From positions 149,070 through 213,069 of the forward strand of contig CAZZCU010000002.1 in the NCBI GenBank assembly GCA_964652825.1: a DNA stretch of 64,000 nt, read 5' to 3'. A program made the translations under genes and the position numbers. Origin of the DNA: an uncultured Oligoflexales bacterium. GTDB lineage: Bacteria > Bdellovibrionota_B > Oligoflexia > Oligoflexales > CAZZCU01. Shown here in pieces: positions 37,922 through 47,398 of this stretch. Under the pieces are notes generated by a model. It was given only the letters and a program-made list of their open reading frames with translations. It was not told where the DNA came from and made no database searches. How positions within the stretch are numbered: position 1 is the stretch's first letter; each line of letters starts with the position of its first letter.

Positions 37922-38929
37922 ATGAAGCAGGATCTTCGCATCGATGTTCATACTCACTTGGCCGGCACTGGGTGCTGTAGCTCAGGCTGTTGGATCGCGC
38001 CCAAATTCAAACGTCGTTACACCTTCCAGCTTTTGAAATTGCTATACGGTATCAGCAGCGAACAAATGCAAACCACTGTTGATGCCGACTGGGCGCAAAT
38101 GCTCTCCGACGTTATCGCCGGCAGTCCGATCGATTTCGGCGTGGCGTTTGGCTTTGACGGTGCCTATCACGAAAACGACGGCACGCACCTAGCGGAAAAA
38201 TCCCAGATGATTATTCCGGCGGAGTGGGTATTCAAAGTCTGCCGACAACATACCAATCTGCTGCCCGGACCATCACTCAATCCGCATCGTCGCGATGCCA
38301 TGCAACAACTGGAATATTGCCTGAGAGAAGGTGCTGTGCTGATCAAGTGGTTGCCGGCAGCGCAAGGCATCAATGCGGTATCACCGCGCTTAAACGACTT
38401 CTACAAATTGTTGGCACAAGCTCGCGTGCCTTTATTGATGCATATGGGTGGCGAACGAACGTTTGCCACCATTAAACCCGAAGCCAATGATGTCGAAACT
38501 ATGCGCCCGGCACTGGACGCCGGCTGCACGGTGATCTGCGCGCACAGTGCTACTCGCCTGATTGGTACGAAGGAGTCGGATCAAATACCCCAGCTCCGAC
38601 GGTTGCTGCAAGAGTATCCACACTTATGGCTGGATAATTCGGGCATGTGTAATCCGGGACGATTCACGCATGTGCCGGTGTTGGCGCAAGATCCTCTGCT
38701 GCGCGATCGCACCCTGTATGGCAGCGACTGGCCGGTACCAAGCAATGCCATCTATTATGTGAAGCAACTCGGCTTCAAAGAAGCATGGGCGATTGAGCGC
38801 GAGAAAAATCTTGTCAGCCGCGACGTAAAAACCAAATTGGCATTGGGATATCCGGAAGCAACCCTGACACGCGCCAATCAAGTTCTGGCAAATCTCGCGC
38901 GCTGGACGCGAACATCCGCCGAAAGCTAA
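37922..38929 (+). CDS. Metal-dependent amidohydrolase (TIM-barrel) family protein
   Basis: N-terminal IDVHTHLAG metal-binding motif and later H/D ligand contexts (LLMHMGG, ICAHSA, YGSDWP). Confidence 0.65.
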   Translation: MKQDLRIDVHTHLAGTGCCSSGCWIAPKFKRRYTFQLLKLLYGISSEQMQTTVDADWAQMLSDVIAGSPIDFGVAFGFDGAYHENDGTHLAEKSQMIIPAEWVFKVCRQHTNLLPGPSLNPHRRDAMQQLEYCLREGAVLIKWLPAAQGINAVSPRLNDFYKLLAQARVPLLMHMGGERTFATIKPEANDVETMRPALDAGCTVICAHSATRLIGTKESDQIPQLRRLLQEYPHLWLDNSGMCNPGRFTHVPVLAQDPLLRDRTLYGSDWPVPSNAIYYVKQLGFKEAWAIEREKNLVSRDVKTKLALGYPEATLTRANQVLANLARWTRTSAES

Positions 38930-39951
38930 CGCTGGATTTCGCCGATTTCTTCAAGAACCTGTGATTGCGAGGACACCTGCCGCAACGCCACCAGGAATTG
39001 ACTGACCTCGGGGCTCATATTGCGACGCGCATGCTCAAGATAAGCGATCTGAATCCAAGTCGGTAGCCGGGCCAAAATCATTGCCATACTTTCGCGATAT
39101 TTAGGAAAGCTGTTCAACAGAACCATGTTCGCGAGTTCCGCCAAAGCATTGTTCCGTGACACCGCGTACAAAAACAATTGATCGTAATTCGGGTGCGCCG
39201 TCGCCACCGGATAAACGGTCAGATGTCGCAGAATCACCATGCAGGTATAGATATTGACGGATTTTTGCGTCAGCTGACGTAGCTCTTCCAACGGTGCCAA
39301 CGCCAGATAGGCCATGAATTCATTGCTGGCTTGATACGGATTCAAAGCGATCATTGCTTTAGCGTAAGCTTCGTCACCATCGGCCATCAAGCCTTGGCGC
39401 AACAAAGTAAATGCCGAGCTCAAGCGATTGGCCTGCACCGCCTGCGCCATCTGCGGCATCAACACGTCTTCCTCGGTGTTGTCGATGACGGCTCGACTCA
39501 GGATGCGATCAATCGCCGCAGCAATCTCGCTTGAGGGCAAAGTCGCCGCCATCTGCCAACCGATTTGTCGAGCCAGCGGTCGCCCGGAATTCAACATTGC
39601 CGCAAACAAATTGGCTGACAACCGCGGCGAGACCACTTGGTACAAACTGGCGGCATTAATTAATTGAGCATTGGTATAATGCAATAAATTGCTGGTAATC
39701 GCCTGTTCCAAAGCCGCAGCGGCGCCAGCACTTTCACGACGGCGTTCGATCAATTGACGCACTTTCTCAACCGTGTTGCCGGTGCCGTTAATTGCGGCTT
39801 TCAATGCCTCATCCACCGGCATGTCGGCGGCAATAACAGGCTCTGTGGTCGCGGCGGACCTAGCCGACTCCGTGGTTTTACAAGCGGAGATAAACAACAG
39901 CAAGCATGCAAACAAGCTCACGACGCTAACGTTGAGACGATGATTTTGCAT
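38926..39951 (-). CDS. All-alpha (ARM/HEAT-like) lipoprotein, function unknown
   Basis: Lipobox LLFISA|C and a helical repeat-like sequence. The 3' end overlaps the convergent amidohydrolase gene by 4 nt. Confidence 0.5.
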   Translation of the reverse strand: MQNHRLNVSVVSLFACLLLFISACKTTESARSAATTEPVIAADMPVDEALKAAINGTGNTVEKVRQLIERRRESAGAAAALEQAITSNLLHYTNAQLINAASLYQVVSPRLSANLFAAMLNSGRPLARQIGWQMAATLPSSEIAAAIDRILSRAVIDNTEEDVLMPQMAQAVQANRLSSAFTLLRQGLMADGDEAYAKAMIALNPYQASNEFMAYLALAPLEELRQLTQKSVNIYTCMVILRHLTVYPVATAHPNYDQLFLYAVSRNNALAELANMVLLNSFPKYRESMAMILARLPTWIQIAYLEHARRNMSPEVSQFLVALRQVSSQSQVLEEIGEIQR

Positions 39952-39982
39952 CGGTTCTTTACCTCCAGAGGAAAGCCACTTA

Positions 39983-40420
39983 CTACTTTACTTCAAGGAC
40001 AACTGATTTACCTAATGCTCGCCGCAGGCGCTGACGTAAATCTTCGTTCACCGCGATGTTTTGTACGTCAATATCCAGATAATAACGTTGTTCTTGCTGC
40101 CCAGAGACTTGCCGGCAATGCCAGGATTTAATCCCACATGCCAAATGCAGCAACACCAACGCTCCCGGATCGACACGTCCAACCCCTATAGTTTGCCAAG
40201 ACGTCAAACCCGTTGACTCTATATTAAGGAACTTGGTTAAAAACTTAATAAGGCGACCGCGATCCATCAACCGCACCACCGCCTGCTCCTCGCTAACGGG
40301 GTTGGGATACAAGCATAATTTCAGCAGAGCCAGATCCTTTTGGTATTTTAGCAAAAACCCGCCAAAAACCACTGTTGCGATCGCCGCTGCGATGTGCAGA
40401 AGCGTACCCAAATTTAGCAT
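39983..40420 (-). CDS. Small membrane-anchored hypothetical protein
   Basis: N-terminal TM segment LLHIAAAIATVVFGGFLL and no recognisable motif. It lies 31 nt upstream of the lipoprotein gene on the same strand. Confidence 0.4.
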   Translation of the reverse strand: MLNLGTLLHIAAAIATVVFGGFLLKYQKDLALLKLCLYPNPVSEEQAVVRLMDRGRLIKFLTKFLNIESTGLTSWQTIGVGRVDPGALVLLHLACGIKSWHCRQVSGQQEQRYYLDIDVQNIAVNEDLRQRLRRALGKSVVLEVK

Positions 40421-40577
40421 GCGTATGTCCCGCGCAAAAAAAGCCCATCCCTGGTTTAAGTTCCAGGCACCCGACCCGATAAATGACTACAGAGCCCAAA
40501 CTATTATAACACGAGCGCCAGGTACTGAACGGACGCTCCGTGTTGTCGATTGCAATCATCCAGGAGTATGCGCGAGC

Positions 40578-41783
40578 ATGACCACTGCCCCTAAAAACAA
40601 CAACCTACCAAAGAAAATTTTGGTGATTGATGACGACTCCACCGTCGGGCAAGGTCTGGAAATTCCACTTAATCCCTACGAAATCCGCATTACGAATGTT
40701 CAAGACCTTGATGCCGCAATCCAGCATTTTAACGAAGAGACTTTTCCGATCGTCCTCGTCGAACTTGAATACGAATCGTTGCATGGTCTCGCGCTGATCC
40801 AGCGCTGGCGCACGCATGAGGATCCAGCAAAACGTGCTACCGGCTTTATTCTGATGACCGGCAAAGTCCGTGGCGCCGGCGACGACAACCTGGTACGTGA
40901 ATTATCGGATATTGAAAGCATCATTAAACCAATCAAGCCGGTGCATCTCCTACCATACATCAGCAGAGCCTACGCCAAGCACCATCAGCTTTTGCAGTTT
41001 CAAATGTTCCGCACCTCGATCCTAACGGAGTTTCATGCATCCGGAAAATGGGAGGAGCTGGCGGAATCAATTAAGAAAAAAATCCCTGAATACGGCGTGC
41101 GCTGTATTGAGCTGCTGGTTGAATTATACGAATTGGCCGGAGCACTTGAACAAGCCTTGCAGTTTGTCAACGGCATGCTGGCGAAAGACCCGGCCAGCCC
41201 GATGTACCTGACCGCCAAGGGCCGACTACTCATGCGCCTGGGTCGTATGCAGGATGCGCGTGAACCGATCGAAAAAGCCTATAGTACCGCACCCGCGCAT
41301 TTGGAACGTCTCTCAGCCATGGAAGATTTATATTTGCAGCTGAAGGAACCTAATCTCGCCCTGCAAAAAATGGAAGAGCGCCTGAAACTATACAAAGGCA
41401 ATAGTACGGAGAAGTTCGGAATGGCGGGCAAACTCCAAGTGGCCGGTGAAGACGAACTAGCGCGCAAATTTGTACGTTCGCATGCCAACCCCATGGAGGT
41501 CGTACGTTTTTATAACAACAAAGGCGTGGCCATGGCTCAAGCCGGGCAATTCGTCGAAGCAATCGTCGAATATGAACGCGCGTTGTCGTATTTTCCCAAC
41601 TCCAAAGAAAATTATCGCATCCATTATAATATCGCCCTGGCAAGGATTAAGAGCAAAAACCATGCGGACTGTCTGGCGGCGCTCGACAATCTGAAAAAAT
41701 GTTTGGAGCTATCTCCGACATTTGATAAAGCTAAGAATACACTGGAAATTATCCAATCAAGTCTCAAAAAAGAAGCCAGTTAA
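40578..41783 (+). CDS. Receiver-domain protein with Glu at the phospho-acceptor position, fused to TPR repeats
   Basis: KKILVIDDDS..., then ...FPIVLVELEYESLHG (Glu62, nt 40761-40763, where Asp is expected), then ILMTGK and IIKPIKP. The C-terminal TPRs include YNNKGVAMAQAGQFVEAIVEYERALSYFP. ATG 40578 with AGGAG upstream; track start 40233 is rejected. Confidence 0.75.
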   Translation: MTTAPKNNNLPKKILVIDDDSTVGQGLEIPLNPYEIRITNVQDLDAAIQHFNEETFPIVLVELEYESLHGLALIQRWRTHEDPAKRATGFILMTGKVRGAGDDNLVRELSDIESIIKPIKPVHLLPYISRAYAKHHQLLQFQMFRTSILTEFHASGKWEELAESIKKKIPEYGVRCIELLVELYELAGALEQALQFVNGMLAKDPASPMYLTAKGRLLMRLGRMQDAREPIEKAYSTAPAHLERLSAMEDLYLQLKEPNLALQKMEERLKLYKGNSTEKFGMAGKLQVAGEDELARKFVRSHANPMEVVRFYNNKGVAMAQAGQFVEAIVEYERALSYFPNSKENYRIHYNIALARIKSKNHADCLAALDNLKKCLELSPTFDKAKNTLEIIQSSLKKEAS

Positions 41784-41796
41784 CTACGGGTTGTCT

Positions 41797-42591
41797 GTGA
41801 TCAGATTGTCGCTGCGGTGCTCGCGCTTACTGTTGGTTGTCCCATGGCTTGCAGCCGGCTTTGCTTCGCCGGCGCACGCCGAATTCAGCGATGAACGCCC
41901 GATACATCATTTCTTCAATGCGCGCCTGCTTCAACCTGGCGAAAATCAGGTCTCCATTGCCGGCAATTATAAACGAGGGCTAACCGACGATCTGGAAATC
42001 GGCACTCAGGGACTACTGATACTAAGCGGCGCTCTCAATTTGTCGCTTAAGCATCGCATGTTCGAGCGCCCTGATTGGACAACGGCATTTGTTTTTCACG
42101 GTGGACGTATGCAAACCGTGCAAAACAGTGACTTGGCGGTTGGTGATGCTGACAGTTCGGATATCACGAGTGTGGTGTTATATGCGGCGGCAGCCGGTAT
42201 TGTGACTACCTACGATATCGCACCAAACCGTTTTCTAAATTTCGGTATCTATGACTTCATGCTGCGTCAATCCATGGAAGGTCGGGATCATCTCCTGTTA
42301 AAAGCCCATATCTTCTCGCTCATGCTTGGTTATGATCACTATTTCAGCAGCAGTCTGGCATTGACGCTGTCTTATTGTCATTCGTTGTGGCTGATTGGTC
42401 AGGTGGAGTCGGATGTCACCGATCTCGAAATCAACATTAATACCTTGACCGGCATGCCCCCAAACTTGAATCCCAGCATTGGCTTCGCAACCTTAACGCA
42501 TAGCTGGGAAACAGTGAATGTCGAAGGCGGCCTGGCATTCTTCGCGCTCGAACCGTTTTTGTATGCAAATGTCTTCTGGAGGTTCTTCTGA
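41797..42591 (+). CDS. Predicted outer-membrane beta-barrel protein
   Basis: Signal peptide LLLVVPWLAAGFASPAHA|EF and C-terminal ...YANVFWRFF. The start is GTG 41797 or TTG 41791. Confidence 0.5.
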   Translation: MIRLSLRCSRLLLVVPWLAAGFASPAHAEFSDERPIHHFFNARLLQPGENQVSIAGNYKRGLTDDLEIGTQGLLILSGALNLSLKHRMFERPDWTTAFVFHGGRMQTVQNSDLAVGDADSSDITSVVLYAAAAGIVTTYDIAPNRFLNFGIYDFMLRQSMEGRDHLLLKAHIFSLMLGYDHYFSSSLALTLSYCHSLWLIGQVESDVTDLEININTLTGMPPNLNPSIGFATLTHSWETVNVEGGLAFFALEPFLYANVFWRFF

Positions 42592-43721
42592 TGCGCGGAA
42601 TCACCTCCATAGTTGTTCTGTTTTGCATGCAGCTGATGATATTTAGCGCCTGTGGCAAGCGTGACAACGCCAAAGCACCCTTCGAGGCGCGCATTATCGC
42701 GTCGGAAAACGGTGTTTATCAGCTACGCACCGTACAATTCCGCTACCTGACCAACATCGATAATCTTGACGGCTCCGTAACCGAGATCATCGGCCATGCG
42801 GCGCTGAATGCCGACGCCGGCATCGATGAATTCATCGATCCAAATGCGCATGACTCATTATATATCGACCGCGGCCGCCGCGTATTTATCGATTACACCC
42901 TTGATGGCAATGTCGTGGTGCCACGCAACTTTGATTCGATGGCCATGTTGGCGATGTATTACAATTACGAACGCACGATCGGCTATTGGCTTGACGCACA
43001 AGCGTTCACCCTTGAGGATTTCGGCAAATTACGCATGTATTATGCGCCGCGCATCAAATCGCAAAGCAAGGAAGGGTCCATCGAAGGCTCTATTAAAGTA
43101 AACGCGGCGTTTCTCCCCGGTCCGCGCGATTTATTCTTCTTCAAAACCTCCCGCCTCGAACAGGTGCCGATTAACATGAACTTCGGTGTCATGGCGCACG
43201 AATTCGGTCATGCCTTGTTTGATTACAAATTCGCAAATAAGAATGCCGCCTTTTATCAGACCAATGATCGGGAGGCGGAGGATCAATTACGTGGTATCAA
43301 CGAAGGTCTCGCGGATTTTTTCTCGTTTGCGGTCACCGGCGCCAATGAAGAAATCGGCGAGTCGCTCGCCAGCATTCGTGATGAGCGTTTATTACCAGTG
43401 AAGTGGACATATTCGACACTGAACGATAGCCAATGCGAAGGCGGAGTTTACTGCAAAGGCTCGATCCTTGCCTCCGCCCTCTACGAGATAGCACAACTTC
43501 CCAACCAATCAGTGGCTAGTGTCGCGCGTATTGCTTTTGAGAGTCTTGGTGATTTCAGTGCCGACTGGGAGAAGGAAAAGGAATCTTCCAGCTTTAACTA
43601 TCATTTCATCATTAACCGTATCCTGGCCAGAGCCGCTGCCAGCGATCATGCCAGCTATTGCACGGTCTTTAATAAGTGGTTTGATCGCGATGTTCTAAGG
43701 AGCAAATTAAATTGCAATTGA
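42591..43721 (+). CDS. Lipoprotein zinc metalloprotease (gluzincin-type HExxH...E)
   Basis: Lipobox MIFSA|C. HEFGH at nt 43197-43211, with downstream GINEGLADFFSF as a third-ligand Glu motif. GGAGG RBS at 42578-42582. The ATG overlaps the upstream stop (TGATG). Confidence 0.65.
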   Translation: MRGITSIVVLFCMQLMIFSACGKRDNAKAPFEARIIASENGVYQLRTVQFRYLTNIDNLDGSVTEIIGHAALNADAGIDEFIDPNAHDSLYIDRGRRVFIDYTLDGNVVVPRNFDSMAMLAMYYNYERTIGYWLDAQAFTLEDFGKLRMYYAPRIKSQSKEGSIEGSIKVNAAFLPGPRDLFFFKTSRLEQVPINMNFGVMAHEFGHALFDYKFANKNAAFYQTNDREAEDQLRGINEGLADFFSFAVTGANEEIGESLASIRDERLLPVKWTYSTLNDSQCEGGVYCKGSILASALYEIAQLPNQSVASVARIAFESLGDFSADWEKEKESSSFNYHFIINRILARAAASDHASYCTVFNKWFDRDVLRSKLNCN

Positions 43722-44335
43722 TTACCCGCGTCATCATTGCTGCCCTGCTCTTATTCAGCACGCTTGCTCAAGCACGCGAAGTCACCGGTGATCTGCCGAG
43801 CAGTGCCCGCATCGGTATTGATCTCTACTACATGACGCAGGCTTCCTACGACCGTGATGATCGCTTGGCTTATACTATTGGTTACAATTGGGCGATACTT
43901 CCTTACCTGCGGTTGGATAACTCTTTTACCTATGCACCTGACGAAAACAGCAGCGTCACCGATGTTCATTTCAGCGAGGATCTATATCTGCTAGCACCAA
44001 CGATTGCCGTTACTTATCCACTGTTGTTTCGGTTCGTGGTTGCCGCGGGACCGACTTATATCCTCACGCGCTCCCATGTCAGTTTTCGTGGTAACAGTAC
44101 CAGCACACAGACGTCGCAATTCGGTGGCAAGCTGAATGCTAATATGGAATATGCCATCGCCGACTGCTGCGAGATCGCTGCCACGATCGGAATCGTGACG
44201 CGACCACACGACGCAAAAATGGATTGGTTCTACGGCATCGCCTACAGTCACAACATCGGGCCGGTCAGTTCAGCTTCGGCGACGCGACCGTCGCTACCGT
44301 TCTTTCCGTCGCCAGGAGACAATGATGGCATCTGA
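43712..44335 (+). CDS. Predicted small outer-membrane beta-barrel protein
   Basis: Signal peptide IIAALLLFSTLAQA|RE and alternating strands ending ...WFYGIAYSHNI. TTG 43712 with AAGGAG 9 nt upstream. It overlaps the genes on both sides. Confidence 0.5.
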   Translation: MQLITRVIIAALLLFSTLAQAREVTGDLPSSARIGIDLYYMTQASYDRDDRLAYTIGYNWAILPYLRLDNSFTYAPDENSSVTDVHFSEDLYLLAPTIAVTYPLLFRFVVAAGPTYILTRSHVSFRGNSTSTQTSQFGGKLNANMEYAIADCCEIAATIGIVTRPHDAKMDWFYGIAYSHNIGPVSSASATRPSLPFFPSPGDNDGI

Positions 44336-45011
44336 TCTTGGTAGCGGCAAAGTATTCGTGATATCGGCGCCCTCGGCAACGGGCAAGACGACATTGATTC
44401 GCAGACTCGCCGCCGCTTATCCAAACAAAGTCGGCGTTGCGATCAGCTTGACGACACGAACAATGCGCATGGGCGAGCGCGATGGTTACGATTATCATTT
44501 CGTCGCCAAGCCGGAATTTGAGCAACGCATTGCTTCAGGCGACATGCTGGAGTGGGCAAACGTCCATGGGAATTTTTATGGGTCGAGCAAAAGTGAGATT
44601 CAGAAGATTCTCGACACCGGTCGAACGCCGGTGTTGATCATCGATGTCCAGGGATGGATGAATGCCCGCAAAATTCTCACATCGGCCAAGTCAATCTTCA
44701 TTATGCCGCCGAGCGTGGATGCTCTTTGGGCCCGTATGGAAATGCGCGGTACCGACAGCATGGAGACACGTTGGCATCGCCTGCAGACGGCGCGTCATGA
44801 GCTTGAGTTCGCCAAGCACTATGATTTTTTTGTGATTAATGACCAACTGGAGCGCGCCGTAAGCGAGATGCAAGATATTGTAATTAAAGGGAAAAAATCC
44901 GTTGTTACACATACCGAGGGCATAAGCTTCGCCGCCGATCTGCTGGATAAACTCCAACACGCACCCTGGTATCTTAAACTCAAACAAAGCTTTGAAACGT
45001 CGTCGACGTGA
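44322..45011 (+). CDS. gmk: Guanylate kinase
   Basis: P-loop ISAPSATGKTTL and the typical GMP-binding pattern (TTR...GE.DG.DYHFV). The start is ATG 44322 or 44325, after AGGAG. Confidence 0.9.
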   Translation: MMASDLGSGKVFVISAPSATGKTTLIRRLAAAYPNKVGVAISLTTRTMRMGERDGYDYHFVAKPEFEQRIASGDMLEWANVHGNFYGSSKSEIQKILDTGRTPVLIIDVQGWMNARKILTSAKSIFIMPPSVDALWARMEMRGTDSMETRWHRLQTARHELEFAKHYDFFVINDQLERAVSEMQDIVIKGKKSVVTHTEGISFAADLLDKLQHAPWYLKLKQSFETSST

Positions 45012-45033
45012 ACGTTACCGCGGTATAAAATCA

Positions 45034-45054
45034 AAAGCAGGGTACACCTGCTTT
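45034..45054 (+). terminator. Weak hairpin after gmk (terminator or attenuator candidate)
   Basis: AAAGCAGG (45034-45041), loop GTACA, CCTGCTTT (45047-45054). The trailing T-run is short. Confidence 0.3.
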
Positions 45055-45092
45055 GTTATGCGACCGCACAGTCCCCGGGAAGGCACGTTTTC

Positions 45093-47393
45093 TTGTCTGC
45101 TTATACGCCAGTTAAACCTGATGTGATCGATAAAGCTGTTGATGGACAACGCAAAGTCTCGCCATCACCCGATGCCTTATTCGCCGAGCTGGTAAGCAAT
45201 CTGCAAAAATATCTGCCGAATGTAAATGTTGAGATTCTCAATAAAGCCTATCGCTTCGCCGCCGAAAAACACGGCAAGCAACAGCGACAATCAGGTGAGC
45301 TGTATATAACGCACCCACTGGAAGTCGCCAATATCCTGACCGAACTGAATTTGGATCAGGCCTCGATTATCGCAGCGCTGCTGCACGACGTGGTTGAAGA
45401 TACCGCCACAACCATCGATGAAGTTAAGCAGGAGTTTGGTCCGGCGGTGGCCGATTTGGTAGATGGTCTTACTAAACTCAGTAAAATTAATTTCAGTTCC
45501 AAACATGAACGACTGGCGGAGAATTTTCGCAAGATGATCGTCGCCATGGCGCGTGATCTGCGCGTTATTTTAATTAAACTGGGTGATCGTTTGCATAACA
45601 TGCGGACAATTTCTTGCCTGCCACAGGAGAAAGCCCGACGTATCGCCCAGGAAACCATGGATATTTATGCGCCGCTGGCTAACCGCCTGGGCGTCTATGG
45701 GATCAAAAGCGAACTCGAAGACCTTTGCCTGCGCCAACTCAAACACGATATCTATCAGAATATCCGCACTAAAGTCGCCGCCAAGAAAGCCGAGCGTCAG
45801 GCATTCATTGAAGAAGTGAAAACCATTCTTGAGACCGAACTGAGAAAGTACGGCTTCAAGAATGTTTCCATTCAAGGGCGACCGAAGCATTTCTTTTCCA
45901 TCTACAAAAAAATGGTCGAACGACAATTGGAGTTCGAGGACGTTCATGACCTTTTTGCTTTCCGCATCCTTGTGGATTCCATCAAGGATTGCTACGAAGC
46001 CTTAGGCGTAGTGCATGCTATGTGGAAACCCATGCCCGGGCGTTTCAAGGATTACATCGCTATGCCCAAAGCCAACATGTATCAATCCCTGCACACCACG
46101 GTAATTCGGCCAAACGGCGAACCAGCGGAAATCCAGATTCGCACGCACGAAATGAACACGGTTTGTGAATTCGGGGTCGCAGCACATTGGGCCTACAAAG
46201 AACGCAAGGTCAGTCCTGAAGGCAGTAAGGACGACTTACAAAAATTCTCCTGGTTACGTCAGATCGTGCAGTGGCAAAGCGAACTCAAAGATCCCAATGA
46301 ATTCATGGAAGCACTGAAAGTCGATTTGTTTGACGAAGAGATATTTGTTTTCACCCCCAAAGGCGACGTGATTTCGCTACCACGTAACAGCACGGCTTTG
46401 GATTTCGCGTTTGGTGTTCACACCGGCATCGGTTTGAGCACGGTCGGCGCCAAAGTCAACGGCCGCATCGCACCGCTCAAAAAACCACTAAAATCCGGCG
46501 ACATCGTTGAAATCCTGACTTCGCCGCAACAGCGACCCAATAAAGACTGGCTCAATTTCGTGGTCACTACCAAGGCGCGCAGCAAAATCCGCGCGAGTCT
46601 GCGCAGCGAAGAACGCGTCGCCAGCCGACAAGTTGGCGAAGAAATTTTGGCTAAGGAATTCGATCAACGCAATCTGGATTATGACAAACTCCTCAAAGCC
46701 GGTGATCTAGAAAAGCTGCATAAATTCGGCAAAGAAAGCAATTTCGATGATTTGTTGATCGGTATCGGTTACGGCAAAGTCAATGCCTCGGATCTCATTG
46801 ATCGGGCATTCCCAGAGAGCCGACCCAAAACATCTCTGCTCGACAGCAAGCAGCAATTGCCAAGAACCTCCACCAGCAACATTACCGCTGCCGGTCACAC
46901 CGGTATTTTGGTTTCCGGACTCGATAATGTTCTGGTGAACTTTGCCAAGTGCTGCGGTCCACTGCCGGGCGAGGATGTTGTCGGTTTTGTCACCCGTGGT
47001 CGTGGCGTGACCATTCATCGCGCCAGTTGTCCGCGGGCGATTGACATTGATCCGCATCGACAGATTCATGTGACTTGGGCCAGCGGCGAAATTCGCGGCA
47101 CCCATGCGATCTTTCTGCGCGTCATGACGCGCGATAAGCCCGGCGTTCTCGCCGAAGTTTCCAGCGCCATTGCCGCCTGCGGCGCCAATATCCAAAAAGC
47201 CGAAGTACGCATTAACGCCGAACTGGTGGGCATACTGGATTTTGAAATCGGCGTCGGCACATTATCGCAACTCGAAGCCGTGACGCGTAAATTAGAGAGT
47301 ATCGCCGCGGTGATCTCCGTTGAACGCCGCAGTCAACCGACCTCACGAGCCAAACCCAAACGTCCGGTCACCCGGCGCAAAAAGAAGGAGTAA
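45093..47393 (+). CDS. spoT: Bifunctional (p)ppGpp synthetase/hydrolase (RelA/SpoT homologue)
   Basis: HD hydrolase domain (HPLEVANIL...LLHDVVEDT), synthetase domain (YIAMPKANMYQSLHTTV), and TGS and ACT regions. TTG 45093 with GGGAAGG upstream. Confidence 0.95.
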   Translation: MSAYTPVKPDVIDKAVDGQRKVSPSPDALFAELVSNLQKYLPNVNVEILNKAYRFAAEKHGKQQRQSGELYITHPLEVANILTELNLDQASIIAALLHDVVEDTATTIDEVKQEFGPAVADLVDGLTKLSKINFSSKHERLAENFRKMIVAMARDLRVILIKLGDRLHNMRTISCLPQEKARRIAQETMDIYAPLANRLGVYGIKSELEDLCLRQLKHDIYQNIRTKVAAKKAERQAFIEEVKTILETELRKYGFKNVSIQGRPKHFFSIYKKMVERQLEFEDVHDLFAFRILVDSIKDCYEALGVVHAMWKPMPGRFKDYIAMPKANMYQSLHTTVIRPNGEPAEIQIRTHEMNTVCEFGVAAHWAYKERKVSPEGSKDDLQKFSWLRQIVQWQSELKDPNEFMEALKVDLFDEEIFVFTPKGDVISLPRNSTALDFAFGVHTGIGLSTVGAKVNGRIAPLKKPLKSGDIVEILTSPQQRPNKDWLNFVVTTKARSKIRASLRSEERVASRQVGEEILAKEFDQRNLDYDKLLKAGDLEKLHKFGKESNFDDLLIGIGYGKVNASDLIDRAFPESRPKTSLLDSKQQLPRTSTSNITAAGHTGILVSGLDNVLVNFAKCCGPLPGEDVVGFVTRGRGVTIHRASCPRAIDIDPHRQIHVTWASGEIRGTHAIFLRVMTRDKPGVLAEVSSAIAACGANIQKAEVRINAELVGILDFEIGVGTLSQLEAVTRKLESIAAVISVERRSQPTSRAKPKRPVTRRKKKE

Positions 47394-47398
47394 GAGTT

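Noticed and set aside
40233-40577. N-terminal 115 codons of the track ORF 40233-41783
   Set aside because: This stretch overlaps the minus-strand gene 39983-40420 and the intergenic region. The receiver domain starts right after ATG 40578, which has an AGGAG RBS.
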